Assembly (NCBI GenBank): GCA_051294905.1
Contig: CM119382.1
Coordinates: 11,098,001 to 11,162,000, forward strand
Direction: 5' to 3'
Source of the DNA: Botryllus schlosseri
Taxonomy: Eukaryota
DNA length: 64,000 nucleotides
This document shows positions 1 through 12,483 of this stretch, piece after piece. The position numbers and the translations under genes were made by a program. How positions within the stretch are numbered: position 1 is the stretch's first letter; each line of letters starts with the position of its first letter. The notes under the pieces were generated by a model that made no database searches, had not been told where the DNA came from, and was given only the letters and a program-made list of their open reading frames with translations.

Positions 1-3000
1 TTTTACACTCCAGGGACAGGTAAGAGGAGTTTTGACATGATATGATAGTGGGATTAGCTGCAGTATGCTCGTTTATATCATTTTATCATTGGATATATAT
101 GTATTGCGATTATATTGGGAAAGGCATGACCGTTATCGGAACTAGGAAAGTGTTGGCATTTCCCATGAGATTGGGCACTTAGTAACCCATACCAGCTGTC
201 ATGGTTGTCTCATGTCTGGTTTAGCTGTCATTGACCAGGTGTTTAACCCCCACTCCCCCCACCCATGAGTATTGTAGCATCACTCTTTTTGACATAACTG
301 TAAGGATAATGTATGAAGTGGAAATACGTTGATTTTACCCCTGTGCGAATAAAATATTCCCAGTTTTACATTGCGCTACCCGTAGTACCCGTACGTACTA
401 AGCTCGAATTGGCCCTATAATTTTGAGTTCAACTAATCGCCAGAATCCAAATCCTCGGTACCTGCTCACTCACCGGTTTTAAATTTTAGGATGCACGACC
501 ACTCTGCTGCCGATATCGTCCGCGCAAAGTGCCGCGCTGAACGTCAACCAAGGGCGATGCGTCTCGGACATGGACATCACCCGTATCACGCATATCGACA
601 ATTCGCGTTTCGCGACACAAAGGGACCGTCACAGCGACGGTTCGGCAGTGGAGCTGGCGCGAGGTCTCGGTAAGTTAAGCAGGCCTTTACAATGCTTGGA
701 AATAGCGCGGTAAATACCCGTGTACTCAGCTAAATTCCGGTTGGCATTATCCATATTTTGTGGTCTCGTGACAGACGTTCAGTAAGTCTTTTTGAGTGCC
801 TTAAAACACATCACTCATTTGTCCAAGAATGTCGCGTAATCGAACGTTTTCTTTCCATAGTAGAGAATTGTTCGAATTAATCGAACTATTCGATACAACG
901 CATAGCTTTTTAAAGTATCGTGTGAAATTTTGTCAAAAATGAGTCCTGACAACCGCTAAAAGCTCTAATACACCGCATTAGAGTTTGAGTCACAAATCGG
1001 ACAGTCGTCTTTTTCCAGACATACTTAGATGTCGAAATATGATGCGATCAGCATTACTTATTGATGAAGACTGTTGATGTGTAGGGCACTGAACATGTAA
1101 GCCTGTACATTTGTATGTGTTCTTGTTTGCAGAACTATTTCATGTTATAGTAGCTGGAATACTAGGCCAAAAATCAAATCCAAATCTACGAAAATTGTAG
1201 TTCTAAGTTGAATAGGCTGATTAAAAACTCCTTGCTGTTCTCAAGCCAAGCTTGGCTGTCCACGATGGACCGTGCCCAAAATGTAAATCTACTAATAAAT
1301 ACCTCCTTCAATATGACTTGCTATGATATCCGAGAAGAATCAACCCGAAAATCAACTGAATCTCAAAAAGCGTAGTCCTAATCCCAATTTCTGCTAAAAA
1401 TACTCGCTTAATTTCAACAGTCCAAACGCATGCATCTTTTACGGGAGAGAAGCGTAGGCCTACAATCTACATGCAATGCCTCTTCATTCTTTCGTAGTAG
1501 GAATTCTATGTCTGACTGTGACTTTTAGACCCTGTCAAAAGTCCCAACCAATTCAAGTCCAAATATGCACACTCACACAGCTACCTGTGTCACCCACAGC
1601 AACTTTACTGTACATAAATTTTGAAATCTAAATTTTGAAATCTATTTCCAGACTACAGAGACCCGCTACTGCACCACACCCACCCCGGGCACGGTGACGT
1701 GGTCAGGTGGCCGGAACACCGCTACGAACAGCCGCTGCCTCAAATCCCGCACTGTTCGACCATCGCGTCCACCGCGTCCGGGCATTACAACCACCTACAC
1801 GAGCACTACCCCAGCGGTAGCCATCACCATTTAGTGCCGCCCGGCGGTTGCAGCCACCAGCGTAACAACCACCATTACGAGACCATGGACCTGCCGCTGT
1901 GCAAGGTAAGCAGGATTGAACTATTCATAACTAACCTACAGATAGATGTGAAACACGAGTAAGTAGTAGGCTTATAGTTTCGATAAGTCGCAAGGTAAAG
2001 GGTCGCATACTTCTCAGTGAATCTGAGATGGCCACTTACAAAATTATGACAAATAAAAAGAGACTGATGACTCAACTAATAGGCACAATTTTCAAAAATA
2101 TATCAAGTCGCCGTGATACAGAGGCTCCAAGACCACTTCGTACTTTATAAACTCCAAAGATTATAAGTAAGTAGTTGTAAGTAGTAGCCCTATAAAGTGC
2201 AAGTAGTCTAAAAGCATAACCATAAAACCAACAAAACTACTTGATAACTCCAAAAATGTAGAAGTACTTGTTACTGATGTAAACATGTCCCAAAACAAAT
2301 TGCCACTGTACACAATCCAAAGTGTGAAAAGTAAGCACTTTACTGAAGAATAGAATGTTGCACAATAGGTAAAGCAACACAGCTGTTCAGGTGTGTAGAG
2401 CAAGCAAGACCTATACTTGAGTAGTCGCAAAAGCTATGCTTGGGTTGGGTTAGTGACCATGAATACCTATGTATGTTTCGCATCTATCCATAGGTTAGTT
2501 ATCTATGTCTAACGCTTGCAAAGGCGTTTCGCAATGAACCGTAAAATAGCCTCGCTTATTCCTAGGAGTGCCCCGCTGAAATGGGCGTGCAGTTGCGCAT
2601 GGATGAAAACGGCCGACCCGAAGCGGTCCACTACCGTCAGTGCGCGGACGACGGACAGCGTCGGACAGTACTGACCGCGCCCATCCGACGTAGCCGGGCT
2701 TCGTTTCCTTGTTGCCAGGCACCTTGCGAGCACCAGCCCGCCACAATGCATCACGGCATTGACCCGGGGCAAGTGTCCAGGCAGGACTGCAGCACCGCGG
2801 TGAACCGTGGATATCTCACGCATACTTCGCAAAATCTAGACGCGGTCCGCCATGGATACCGACCAGACTGCGGACAACGTAGGCCAAAACAAGGCCGGTC
2901 AAACCGGGCTGGTAGATCATCCGACCCACTGTCCACGGACCAGGGTTACGACACGGACACACAAACACGTCCGTGTTGTGACTCGCAAAGCGACAACGAC

Positions 3001-3594
3001 CACTCTTGCAGTCCAAGACCAGGGTCGTCCTCAAAACCAGTCCTGCCTACAATAACAGCCGCGTCTGACCCGGACAGGCAGAGAAACGCGATCGTAGCTC
3101 CGATTCCGATTAAGGGAGTGCCTGCTACATCGCGACGTTCCGCATCGGAAGAATCTCTCTGCTCTGAAAACGATAAGGAAGTCCAAATGATTATATCTGC
3201 AGACCCAAGGTCTGGTAGGCGCGGGCATGATTTTGACGAAATGAACCACAACAATATCCCAAACGTCAAAGCCCCACGCGAGGATATGATAGACACTGCT
3301 TGCGGTGGCAGGTTGAGTATAGCCGAAAGTGTTACCAGCTGGTGCGCCCACGCAGGGTCTAACCCGCGAGCCGTGAATTCATCATACGGCAAACATAATA
3401 AAGGGAAGAGCAAGTCTACGGCTGATCCGGAGGTTATTTTGGCTAACGCTAAAATGAGAGACAGCGGCGACACGCCGCCGCAACAGGCGCGCTCTAAAAC
3501 GTACGTGTACACTCTGCCCGGTACTGCCGCTACTGGCACCAAGGCGAAAATCGATTTGAAGAACGGAGGCATAAGCATGATCACGAACCTGTAG
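1..3594 (+). CDS. 3' coding exons of an unidentified gene (long low-complexity, probably cytoplasmic tail, C-terminal PDZ-binding-type motif -ITNL)
   Basis: Phase-consistent GT-AG exons <1-19, 490-669, 1652-1905 and 2566-3594 give one open frame: FYTPGTGCTTTLLP...DYRDPLLHH...RYEQPLP...HYETMDLPLCKECPAEMGVQ...GGISMITNL*. The 5' part lies outside the window and no family was recognised. Confidence 0.75.
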
Positions 3595-4553
3595 ACGCCC
3601 TTTCTTTCTCTGCTGTTTTCTTTCCGTCGTCGAAAATCATTCATATCCGCTCGTTTCTAAATATGTTGTATAGTTGCCACTGTGATGCCCGGCGCGTTTT
3701 CGTTGGCTGTCGCCGGAAATCATGTTCGTGAGGCGACGCTAGATTTTTCGTTTTTTATCGCAAATGTAACTTGTATGTTGTTCGTTGCTCCGGTGGGCGG
3801 ATACATGGGATTATCCTGCGACTGTGTCAAGTTCCTACATATTTTCCGCCGGAGCTTGTGCGTCATGGGGATTGTGTCCGTTTGTCAACGAAAGCCATCG
3901 ACTGTACGTTGTTCGGTTGGTAAGGCGCCGCACGCCTGCGTTGTAGTTATATTTTTGTTTTCTTATTTCTGCATCATACATTTATATTTAACTTTTTTCT
4001 CTCCTTCTACTTTGAAAAAGTGATTTCTCGTGTTTTATTAAACATGCCTTACGGAAGGATCGAGTGACTTTGCCGGGTCTGGGGGATAGGTTGTTTTGTG
4101 TTAGTATACATGGATTTTCGACTACTTTGGTCATTTTACGCAAGGCTGATAGGTTGTTCGTGGTGATTCCAGATCCGCCGTCTTATCGTAGCACGGCCCG
4201 CTTTCCTGAGGCACCGCTTACCCGGATCGAGAGAGAGAATATTTATTTGTCAACACTGCAAATTAATAACATACACAACAAAAATGTAATTGGGAAAATG
4301 TGATGTACATATTATGAGCAAGGTATAACAGATTCACCAAAGCCAGGATCATCTACCTACAGAAGTCGGTTGGTCTAATGCTGGGGTCACCAACGCGAGC
4401 CCCAGGTAGCCCGCGAGGACCAGATGAGCAGCCCGCGAGCCTGTTCTAAAAATAGATCGAATAGCAGCATTTGCCGATATTCGTCAGATTATTACCAGTG
4501 AGCTTTTACATATATAGATTGATTTAGCTGTTCTTATTTGAATCACTCTAACG

Positions 4554-4852
4554 CAGTGGTTCTCAACCTTTTTTTAGACAAGCCTCCCTTTTTGATAGTG
4601 AAAAATTTCGCGCCCCCCTTATCGTCATATCACAAAATCCAACTTGGATGCAAGTAACCCTAACAGATTGTTTGATGGTATGGACGGTTATGAATGTTGA
4701 TGAGAGAATAAAAATATATGGAATTGGGTCTATGTAGAGAGAAACACGCGTGCATTGGAGGTAAATCGCGCGGAGCGTGAAAATTTTTTCAGGTGACCGC
4801 TTCTTCGCGCCCCCCTTCAGATGTTTCACGCCCCCCAGGTTGAGAACCCCTG
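4554..4852. mobile_element. hAT-type MITE
   Basis: TIRs CAGTGGTTCTCAACCT / AGGTTGAGAACCCCTG; 8-bp TSD CTCTAACG/CTCTAACA (7/8). Confidence 0.8.
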
Positions 4853-5165
4853 CTCTAACATGTAACTTACAAATGATAATATATATAAACACTTGAAATG
4901 ATGATATATCAAATATCCTCAATTACAATTAGTAATATATCAACATGTAATAGAACAACAAGATATCGAAGACGTAGGATATACTACGGTGCACTACTTA
5001 TACAGACGACGTGACGGAATGCCATCCACGGTCTTCTTGAAATGGCGCGGGGGGGTCCGTTATGGTAGCTCGACGTCCAGGACAATACCAAAGTAGTAAA
5101 CGACATTACTATTCGGTAGCAGATATCCGTGAAGTACTACTTATGAATATCTGCATGCTCATTAC

Positions 5166-5366
5166 GAATGTTCCCTCCAATTTTTCACGAGTCTGCGCGC
5201 ACTCACTAACTCACTGCGCGGTCCCTTGGACATGGACAATAGTGCGTGACGACTAAAAAAATAGTCATCACTTCGGCTTTTTTGTGCGCGTCACACATTT
5301 TTCTGTGCGAGCAGACTTTGTCAGCAGTGCGCGCGGGCGCACGCGTGCAGCTCAGTGGGAACATTG
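5166..5366. mobile_element. MITE, inverted copy of the 17227-17419 family
   Basis: Ends AATGTTCCCTC...GGGAACATTG; the internal sequence is the reverse complement of 17227-17419; no clear TSD. Confidence 0.6.
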
Positions 5367-6207
5367 GTTGCAACCAAGTCTGAGGGTTCTGAGTCACAAG
5401 TAAATTTGACTTTAATTGGTTTGACTCGACTCAAATCGAGTCATTTTTAATTCACGGGCAACTCGTTGAGTCATAGTGTTAAGACTCGAGTCCTAGTCCA
5501 CCTCCTTGTGTTTAGTGTTTACTGTTCGGTTTCGAGTTTAAGTCAGGTTCGTCTCAACGAAGGCCTCGGATTCATGATATAATCATTTTTCCTGATATAA
5601 GCATGTTTGTTCAAATAGTTACTAGGCCTATTTTCAATTATCGGTCCTGATATACGAGACTTGAACGAGTCATGTAAAATGTTTCGAGTTATATATAAAA
5701 TAATTTGTGACGTATTGCTACCCATCTAAGCGGTCAAAAGCTTTTTTCTAGCAAGAAATGGTTAATATGAATGAGTCCAGAACTTTCATGAGTCATACTC
5801 GAGTGAGTGAGGATGCATAACACGTCCTTCTTTTATATGAAACGGATGTTTATCAACACAACGAGACCGTCTCAGAGCGCACATGTATTGGTCCGGCTTA
5901 TGTATATGGCGTTCATTTACGTTCTTCAGTATGTTTTGTATTAACTCGACAAATGTTCCGATGAGTACAGGGCTATTTAGGAGGCATTTTAGAATATGAG
6001 TGACAGTAGTTTGTATATATCCACCGCAATCGACGCGAGACACCCAGGTTCTGACGGCGCCTCGACATAAAGTCACGAAAAAGACCCAGTGAAGGCTGAT
6101 TAATGCTGCCAAGAGCACAGAAAAACGATCTTAGATTAAAATACCGCGCTTCAGGGATGATCGACCTGCGTCCGTAGAACAAAAATTTAATTAGCGTGTG
6201 TGGGCAG

Positions 6208-9200
6208 TAGGGTTGTTCAAAATTTGGAAAATGTTTGGAATTCTGCGTGTCCATCGCTTATTCTGTAGATTATTGTTAAAAAACAATAATGGGCTTGAAA
6301 GAAGCTCCCAGGAAAGCCGCTAACATTTGTCTAAATGCGTTTGAAAGTCGTTGTTGAAGAGTGGGCGGGCAACCGACAGCAGAGGCGGGCAATCACGAAA
6401 CCACGGTTCTTGATTGGGTAATCGGCTAAGCTTCACTGATTACTGCAACAGCTGACTCGGATTCGGGAGCTTCGCTTTACTAAATTGAAAGTCTGTTTTG
6501 CTGAGGTAGAGTCTGTTAGTAACGGTTGTGGTTCTGTACAAGCGCGTTGTGGGTTGATGAGTCATTAGTAGTACTGTAACACGTGTTCTTTGAATGCTTC
6601 AGAGTCGATAGCAGTAGTTTATGATTTGGAGCAACAATAGTGCAGTCATGGCAGAGGCAAAACGGCGAAAGATTGCACACATGCCGCAGCGAAGAACAAG
6701 ATCCAAATCTGTGCAGTACTTGGTCGGATATACTTGCGATTACATCTGTGACTCAAGCTTACCTACTATACGAGAAGTAATGAGTTACTTGCTGTATCTG
6801 AAAGAGCATTGTCCTCAGTCAACCCCTACTCATGAACTATGTACTGTGGTGGTGGATGATGTAATGACAGTGTGGAAAATGGCGAGAATTGCGACAATGC
6901 AGAAATCACATGTGGTGCGATCACTTCAAAACCTACACGAAAGATGGCGTGATCTGAAGAAGAATCCGAAACAGGAAAGTGATCCCAAGGGTAAGAGGAG
7001 AAAATTCACTGATAATTTGGACAAGCTGTGGGATATTGGAAGTAGAGATGCCATAACAACAACGAAAAATGACATTTATCTATCACATGAAAGAAAGCTT
7101 GAAGACATTGCATTTTATGAAGATCAACGGCAATCTCGCCAGTCAATAATGTTGGGAAGAGACAAAATTCTGGCTAAAGACCTCAAAAAGAAAACAGCAG
7201 CCATTGCAGATCAAACTGTTGAAAACGTTTCACACGACTCAAGTTCTGACTATGTTGTTTTAGCATCATCGTCATCTTCAAAAAGAGGGTGACAGTTTGA
7301 GTTCAAGTTCTGACTATGATGCTGATGTTGGACTTGGCACCTCGACCCAATCCATTAAACTGATGGCACCTAAAAATATTATGAGAAATACGCATGTGTC
7401 CCAAGCTCTGGATCGATTGCAAGTAACTGACAACGATGCAACGATGCTGATGGAAGCATTTATTAAGGCTTGTGGAGGAGATATAGCCATGTTCTCGCTG
7501 TCAAGATCTTCAACGAAGAGAGCCAGGGAAACAAATCGCCTTGAAATATCTCAGGACATTTTGGAAAAATTTGCCGAAAATAGACCACAGCATGTTGCCA
7601 TTCATTGGGATGGAAAGCTCACAGAGGATAGATTAGGAAATCGATATGAAGCTTTGTCAATTGTTCTATCTTGTCAACCTCAATACTCGGAAGTAAAACT
7701 ACTTGGAATTCAGAAGATACAAAATGCGGCAGGTCAGACACAAGCTGAAACTACTTTCGGCATAATTAAAAAGTGGGATATACAAGATGCTGTAACAGCT
7801 TTGGTTTTTGACACCACAGCAAGCAACAGCGGCTGAAAGAAGGGTGCAGCGAAGATCCTTGAGGACCTTCTAGGAAAGAAGGTTTTTTTACCATGCGTGT
7901 CGGCACCATGTGTATGAGCTAGTAGTCAAAGACGTCTGGAAATGTTTATTTGGAAAAGCAACAACCGGACCAGAGAACACATGGTTTGCCCACCTTAAGA
8001 AGAGCTGGAGCAGTCTTGACAGAAAACAGCAATTCAAGACTCTGACTATTCCTATATGCTTTAAAGAACGAGCAGCAATGACAGTTGAGAACTCCAAGCT
8101 ACCACTCGCCAGAAAAGATTTCTTCAGTACAAACAATGTGTGACTAATGCTCTTGCTCTTCTCGGTGCAGATGAAGATATATATCATCACAAACCTGGTG
8201 CAACACACCATGCAAGGTGGATGGGCACAATTCTGTATGCTCAGAAGATGTTCATGTGGGCTGATCAGTTACATTACAAATCTGAAGAAGTGGAACTACT
8301 GCATCGCTTCAATTTATTTTAAGTTCTCTTTTATATCCCTGCCTGGGTTGCTTCCAGCATTGGTCGTGATGCAGCCGGTAATGACTTGAAATTCATCCAG
8401 GACATGTTGAGTTACAAGGAACATGATGAACAAGTTTCCAAAGCTGCTTCACAAAAGCTTTTAAAGCATGACTGGTATATCGTGGAGGAAACCGCTGTAT
8501 ATGCCTTGTTTTCGCCGAGTGAAAGCAATGAAACCCGAGAAAATATGGCAAAGACGCTCCTGCAGGTAGAGCGAACTTCAAGTTTCAGGAGAGGCCCGCC
8601 CTCGTTGAATGCAACTGTACACATCAACAAGGACACTACTTTGTCTGATTTTATCGGGCCACAGTCGTGGTACATATTTGATGTTTTTGAATGCTCTGGG
8701 GCGTGGCTAGCTCAACCGTTTGATGTTTGGCACTTATCAGATTCCTACACCAGAATGAGCTCCTACATTAGTTCTGTCAAAGTCGTTAATGATGCCGCAG
8801 AACGAGGTGTAAAGCTAAGCACAGACTATGCTGCAATCATGACTGACAATGAACAACAAAGAGACAGTCTGCTTCAAGCTGTGGAACAGCATAGGAAGAC
8901 AGTTGGAGACAGCAGAAAGTCAACTCTAATCAAAAGCCTGTAATCTGCAACTTGTGCCTGACAATACAACACTGATCTGCAACGTACTTTTTTAATGTCT
9001 TTTGTAAATAGTGCTTTTCGCCTTCATTCAATTGTGAATAAAAAGTGTCATATGCGTTCGTTTATGGGTGAGACGTCGACCAGTCATTACAAGCACTACT
9101 GAGATGTTGACTCCTGGTGGTAAATTTTTGAGTTTCACTCACTGTCAGTAACTTTTGGAAAGGTTGAAAGTAGCAAGATGCATGCAGCTAGTTTATTCGT

Positions 9201-9646
9201 ATCTCAACTAGCGAGAGCACCTGTGCAATACATAGCACTTTCTGCAGGTAGATATTAACTTAGGCGGTTGCGATGTTGTACTATGGACTCTTGATGACAA
9301 CATTAACAAAGGCAATATATCATGTCCGTAATGCCACCACCAGAAACGACTGCACAACAGCACGCAAAAATCGTTACCAGCAGTGTTCACAAAGTCGGTC
9401 TTTCAGCCAATCATTAGCTTATTATTACCGGCTTCAACCAATCAGGATTGTTGGCTTCTCTTTGCCCGCCCACTTCATCGATTCCCCGCCCACTCGCCGA
9501 CGGCTACTTTCAAACGCATTTAGACAAATATTACCGGCTTTCCTGCGAGCTTCTTTCAAGCCCATTATTGTTTTTTAACAATAATCTACAGAATAAGCGA
9601 TGGACACGCAGAATTCCGAACATTTTCCAAATTTTGAACAACCCTA
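6208..9646 (+). mobile_element. hAT superfamily (hATm-like) DNA transposon, full length but inactivated
   Basis: Termini TAGGGTTGTTCAAAA...TTTTGAACAACCCTA; ~140-bp near-perfect TIR plus ~80 bp of degenerate extension; perfect 8-bp TSD GTGGGCAG (6200-6207, 9647-9654); internal transposase remnants. Confidence 0.9.
6621..8943 (+). pseudogene. hATm-like transposase pseudogene
   Basis: Motifs IHWDGKL, FDTTASNSG, ACRHHVYELV, PGATHHARWM and VVNDAAERGVKL are spread over ORFs 6621-7292, 7297-7836, 7910-8143, 8140-8322 and 8386-8943. These are broken by in-frame stops (7834, 8320) and frameshifts (~7293, ~7890, ~8140). Confidence 0.85.
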
Positions 9647-9819
9647 GTGGGCAGCCGTCAACATGAAATTTGAATTGAAGAATTGGATCCCAAATTCATG
9701 AGAGACGCAATCCAAAACCCTTTTTCGCGCTTAATGCAGTTCAAGGTGACTTGATTTTTCGTCTATTATAGAGTAGGGTGTTGGCGATCTGAACACTCCG
9801 GCTTCCATACAATATTTAT

Positions 9820-9985
9820 ATATCGACTTTGAATTAAATAAAAGGGCAAAAGAAAACAGGAAACAAAAGAACATCAAAATAATCAGTTTTGGATTCTTGT
9901 TAAGCGTCACCATCGTGGGCGGTCGTGGACGTCTTCGAGCGACAGCGCGCGTTGCGCTAGATCGGTCTCTATGGTCATTTTCCAT
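9820..9985. repeat. Dispersed repeat, inverted copy at ~30175-30345
   Basis: gggcggtcgtggacgtcttcgagcgacagcgcgcgttgcgctagatc and the adjacent ttctttgtttcctgttttcttttgccc tract match 30175-30345 in reverse complement; class unknown. Confidence 0.6.
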
Positions 9986-11739
9986 ACAAATGCGATCCGA
10001 TGAGTAAAATGGTACGCCCCATATGGAAACACAAATTTGGAATCGTGTGCGTCTCGAGAATGACAGTTTTTCTGATACGTTTGAGCGATCCCAATATGTT
10101 TTTCTATTGTGCCTACAATCCTGATGCGGGAACAAGAAATAACGACATGCAACAAATTGATCAATAACAAACCGTAAATCCGTAAATGTCTCGTAATTAA
10201 TTTGTAATCAAACTTTCCGAACATACCTCCGCGCGACAAGAAAGTGAATCCACTTCTATTTAGGACGTTATTACTCTTGATTTTGGTACGTAAAGGAACT
10301 AGGACGTTGTGCTTCTACAATTTGAAAATTTTATGCGCATGCAATTTCACATGAAAACAGTGAGGACACAGAGCGCCACAATGGCTGAACGCGGTGCGAA
10401 TTCCAATTCACCATGGATATTTGGAATATAGTGATCCATAATCAATAATAATAAATAATCGTTGGGTTATAATTTTCATCTGAACAAGTTACACACGATG
10501 TAGCCTACAATGCGATAAGACACAATGTGATGTAGCGAACAGATAGGCGGATGTCGAACGACACGCATCAGTAGCGATCCTTTACTGTAGCATCCACCTC
10601 GGCCTAGAGTCCCCGATGTCACAGTTCTTTTCGATGTTGATCTTTTTGAAGCCGTGGCCCGTTCTACTAGTTCTTTCCATTCTTCGTGAGTGCTTTCTTT
10701 CTTCGGGTCAATTACGACTATCTGCTGGAATGCGGCCGTATACGCGTTATATGTAATCGAAATGCCGTCATGGGTATAGTAAAATTGTTGAACATCCCTG
10801 CCGTACAAGATTTCGACACTCTTCTATCTGTTAGTTACATTGCATTTTACTTTGCGAGTATCGCGTCACACAGTGTCTCAGTATAAGAGTAGCCGATAAC
10901 ATAGGAAATTGCATTGTTATATGCGAGTCCACCCATACAATATAGCACCCTGAGTTCAAATATCACTATTGAGGTGTAACTTCAGACTTCGTAGAGAGTT
11001 TCCTGCTGTTCAAAATTGGTGCTGTTCATAAACCATACACCATTCATAGACAATCGATGCTTGTATTCCCTCAATGGACAATGCTGTGTATTGAATTGAT
11101 AGGAAGATTTCAGAATAACCACGTTCTTAAATACCGTATTGAAATTTCAACTCTCTTTTTGAAGGTGACTCGAGTCAAATGAAGTCGAATTTTCGAAGTA
11201 CGAGGCATGTGTCGATGCCCGTTTCCGAAACGCCGAGTCTGACTGAAATTCAGTCATTTTCGCAAAGCGACTCGGATCCGACTGCGTATCAACGTCAGTG
11301 AATTATGTTTTGCGCTAGCGTAGCGCTTTTAAACTGGTTGTTGACAAGGCAATGCCTATATAATATTGTATCTGTACTATGTAGTCTGCGTAAAGCGTCA
11401 ATTTTTTTGAAGGCCTTGGTTTGAAACACTATGTTTTATTCACAGTTAAACCGATAAATACACACATAATCCGGGGAGCAACCCGATGACAATGGCGCTT
11501 ATCGCCTGCGTACAGGCCGTGTGCGTCACGGCAATGCATTGTTGTAAAGTTCAGGGTCGTTGCTTTTTGGTATTGTGGAAGATTTTCCATGCTCAATTGC
11601 TCACTCACTCACTCGCACTCGTCAGTCACTATCGGCTTTCTTGCGTCCGGTTTCGGGTCTCTGCTGCCGACTTCGGAGCTCGGCTAACTCTTTCTATGGT
11701 CATTTTCAATACGTTGTGTTTACAGCGGGTTCGGCAATG

Positions 11740-11850
11740 AGGAGCCAAGATAGATCTCCGACACATAGAAACTTGGCAGAACCGAGACTGGAACCAGCAA
11801 CCATTGGTGTCGTGACGATGTCGCATAGCACAGTTGATATGACTGGATAA
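11740..11850 (-). mobile_element. Possible tRNA-derived SINE fragment (second copy ~16590-16705)
   Basis: The two loci share gacacata...ggcaga...cgagac...attggtgtcgtgac.gtgtcgc.tagcaca. On the minus strand there is an A-box-like TGGCGCAGTGTG (16690-16701) and a degenerate B-box (GGTTCCAGTCTC). Confidence 0.4.
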
Positions 11851-12009
11851 ATCCGATACAACTGCGGTTCAAGTGATATATTTTGACAGCCTTTCTCGAT
11901 TATAGGGTATTGTGACAAAATGAATAAGGTTGGTAAAAGTGAGAAAATTAGTATATTATGCATGTGAGGCATTCCATATCACTCATTGGTTGTAGATAAG
12001 TCAGTTGAA

Positions 12010-12190
12010 CAAGAGTTGAGCTCGAGATTGAACTGTGAGCACTATGACTTGAACTCGAACGTCTGCTTCCCGACTTGGAATAAGAATTGACTAGGTGTTG
12101 AATAGAAAATGACTCGACTTGACCCGAGTCAAATCCTTCAAAGTGAGATTGACTTGTGACTCGGAGTCTGATTACTTGGTTTTAACCCTG
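12010..12190 (-). mobile_element. Truncated GACTCGAGTC-family hAT MITE just upstream of the peptide-gene promoter
   Basis: Ends ...TTGGTTTTAACCCTG (reverse complement of the CAGGGTTGTAACCAAG terminus); subterminal gactcga/cgagtc motifs as in 31913-32500. Confidence 0.6.
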
Positions 12191-12235
12191 CAAATCACAC
12201 TCCGCGATCTTACGCATTTCTTCATTTCTATTTTT

Positions 12236-12378
12236 ATTGGTAACGATGAACGAAAGCGACGCTTATCGCCAGTAAGGCCAATAGCGTAAACATAAAACTA
12301 CAACTGTTACTCCGACTGTAGCTGAAAATCAAGGTTGATTAGTTGCGGATCTCCGGTTTCTCCAATATCGTTGCAAAG
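12236..12378 (+). promoter_or_regulatory. Putative promoter and non-coding first exon of the antimicrobial-peptide gene
   Basis: ATTGG (12236), GATA site CTTATC (~12262), CCAAT (12278-12282) and TATA-like CATAAAA (12291). Donor AAAG|GTGAGT at 12379; acceptor TAG ends at 12483 directly before the ATG. Confidence 0.5.
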
Positions 12379-12483
12379 GTGAGTTGCTATCTCATGCTGC
12401 TTATATCTGATTCAATAAATATATGCCACCGATACTTAACGTAGCATTGAAGATATTGCTGTGATATCGTTATTGTTATCTAG

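Noticed and set aside
2946-3644. 232-aa minus-strand ORF
   Set aside because: Antisense shadow of the GC-rich terminal exon 2566-3594
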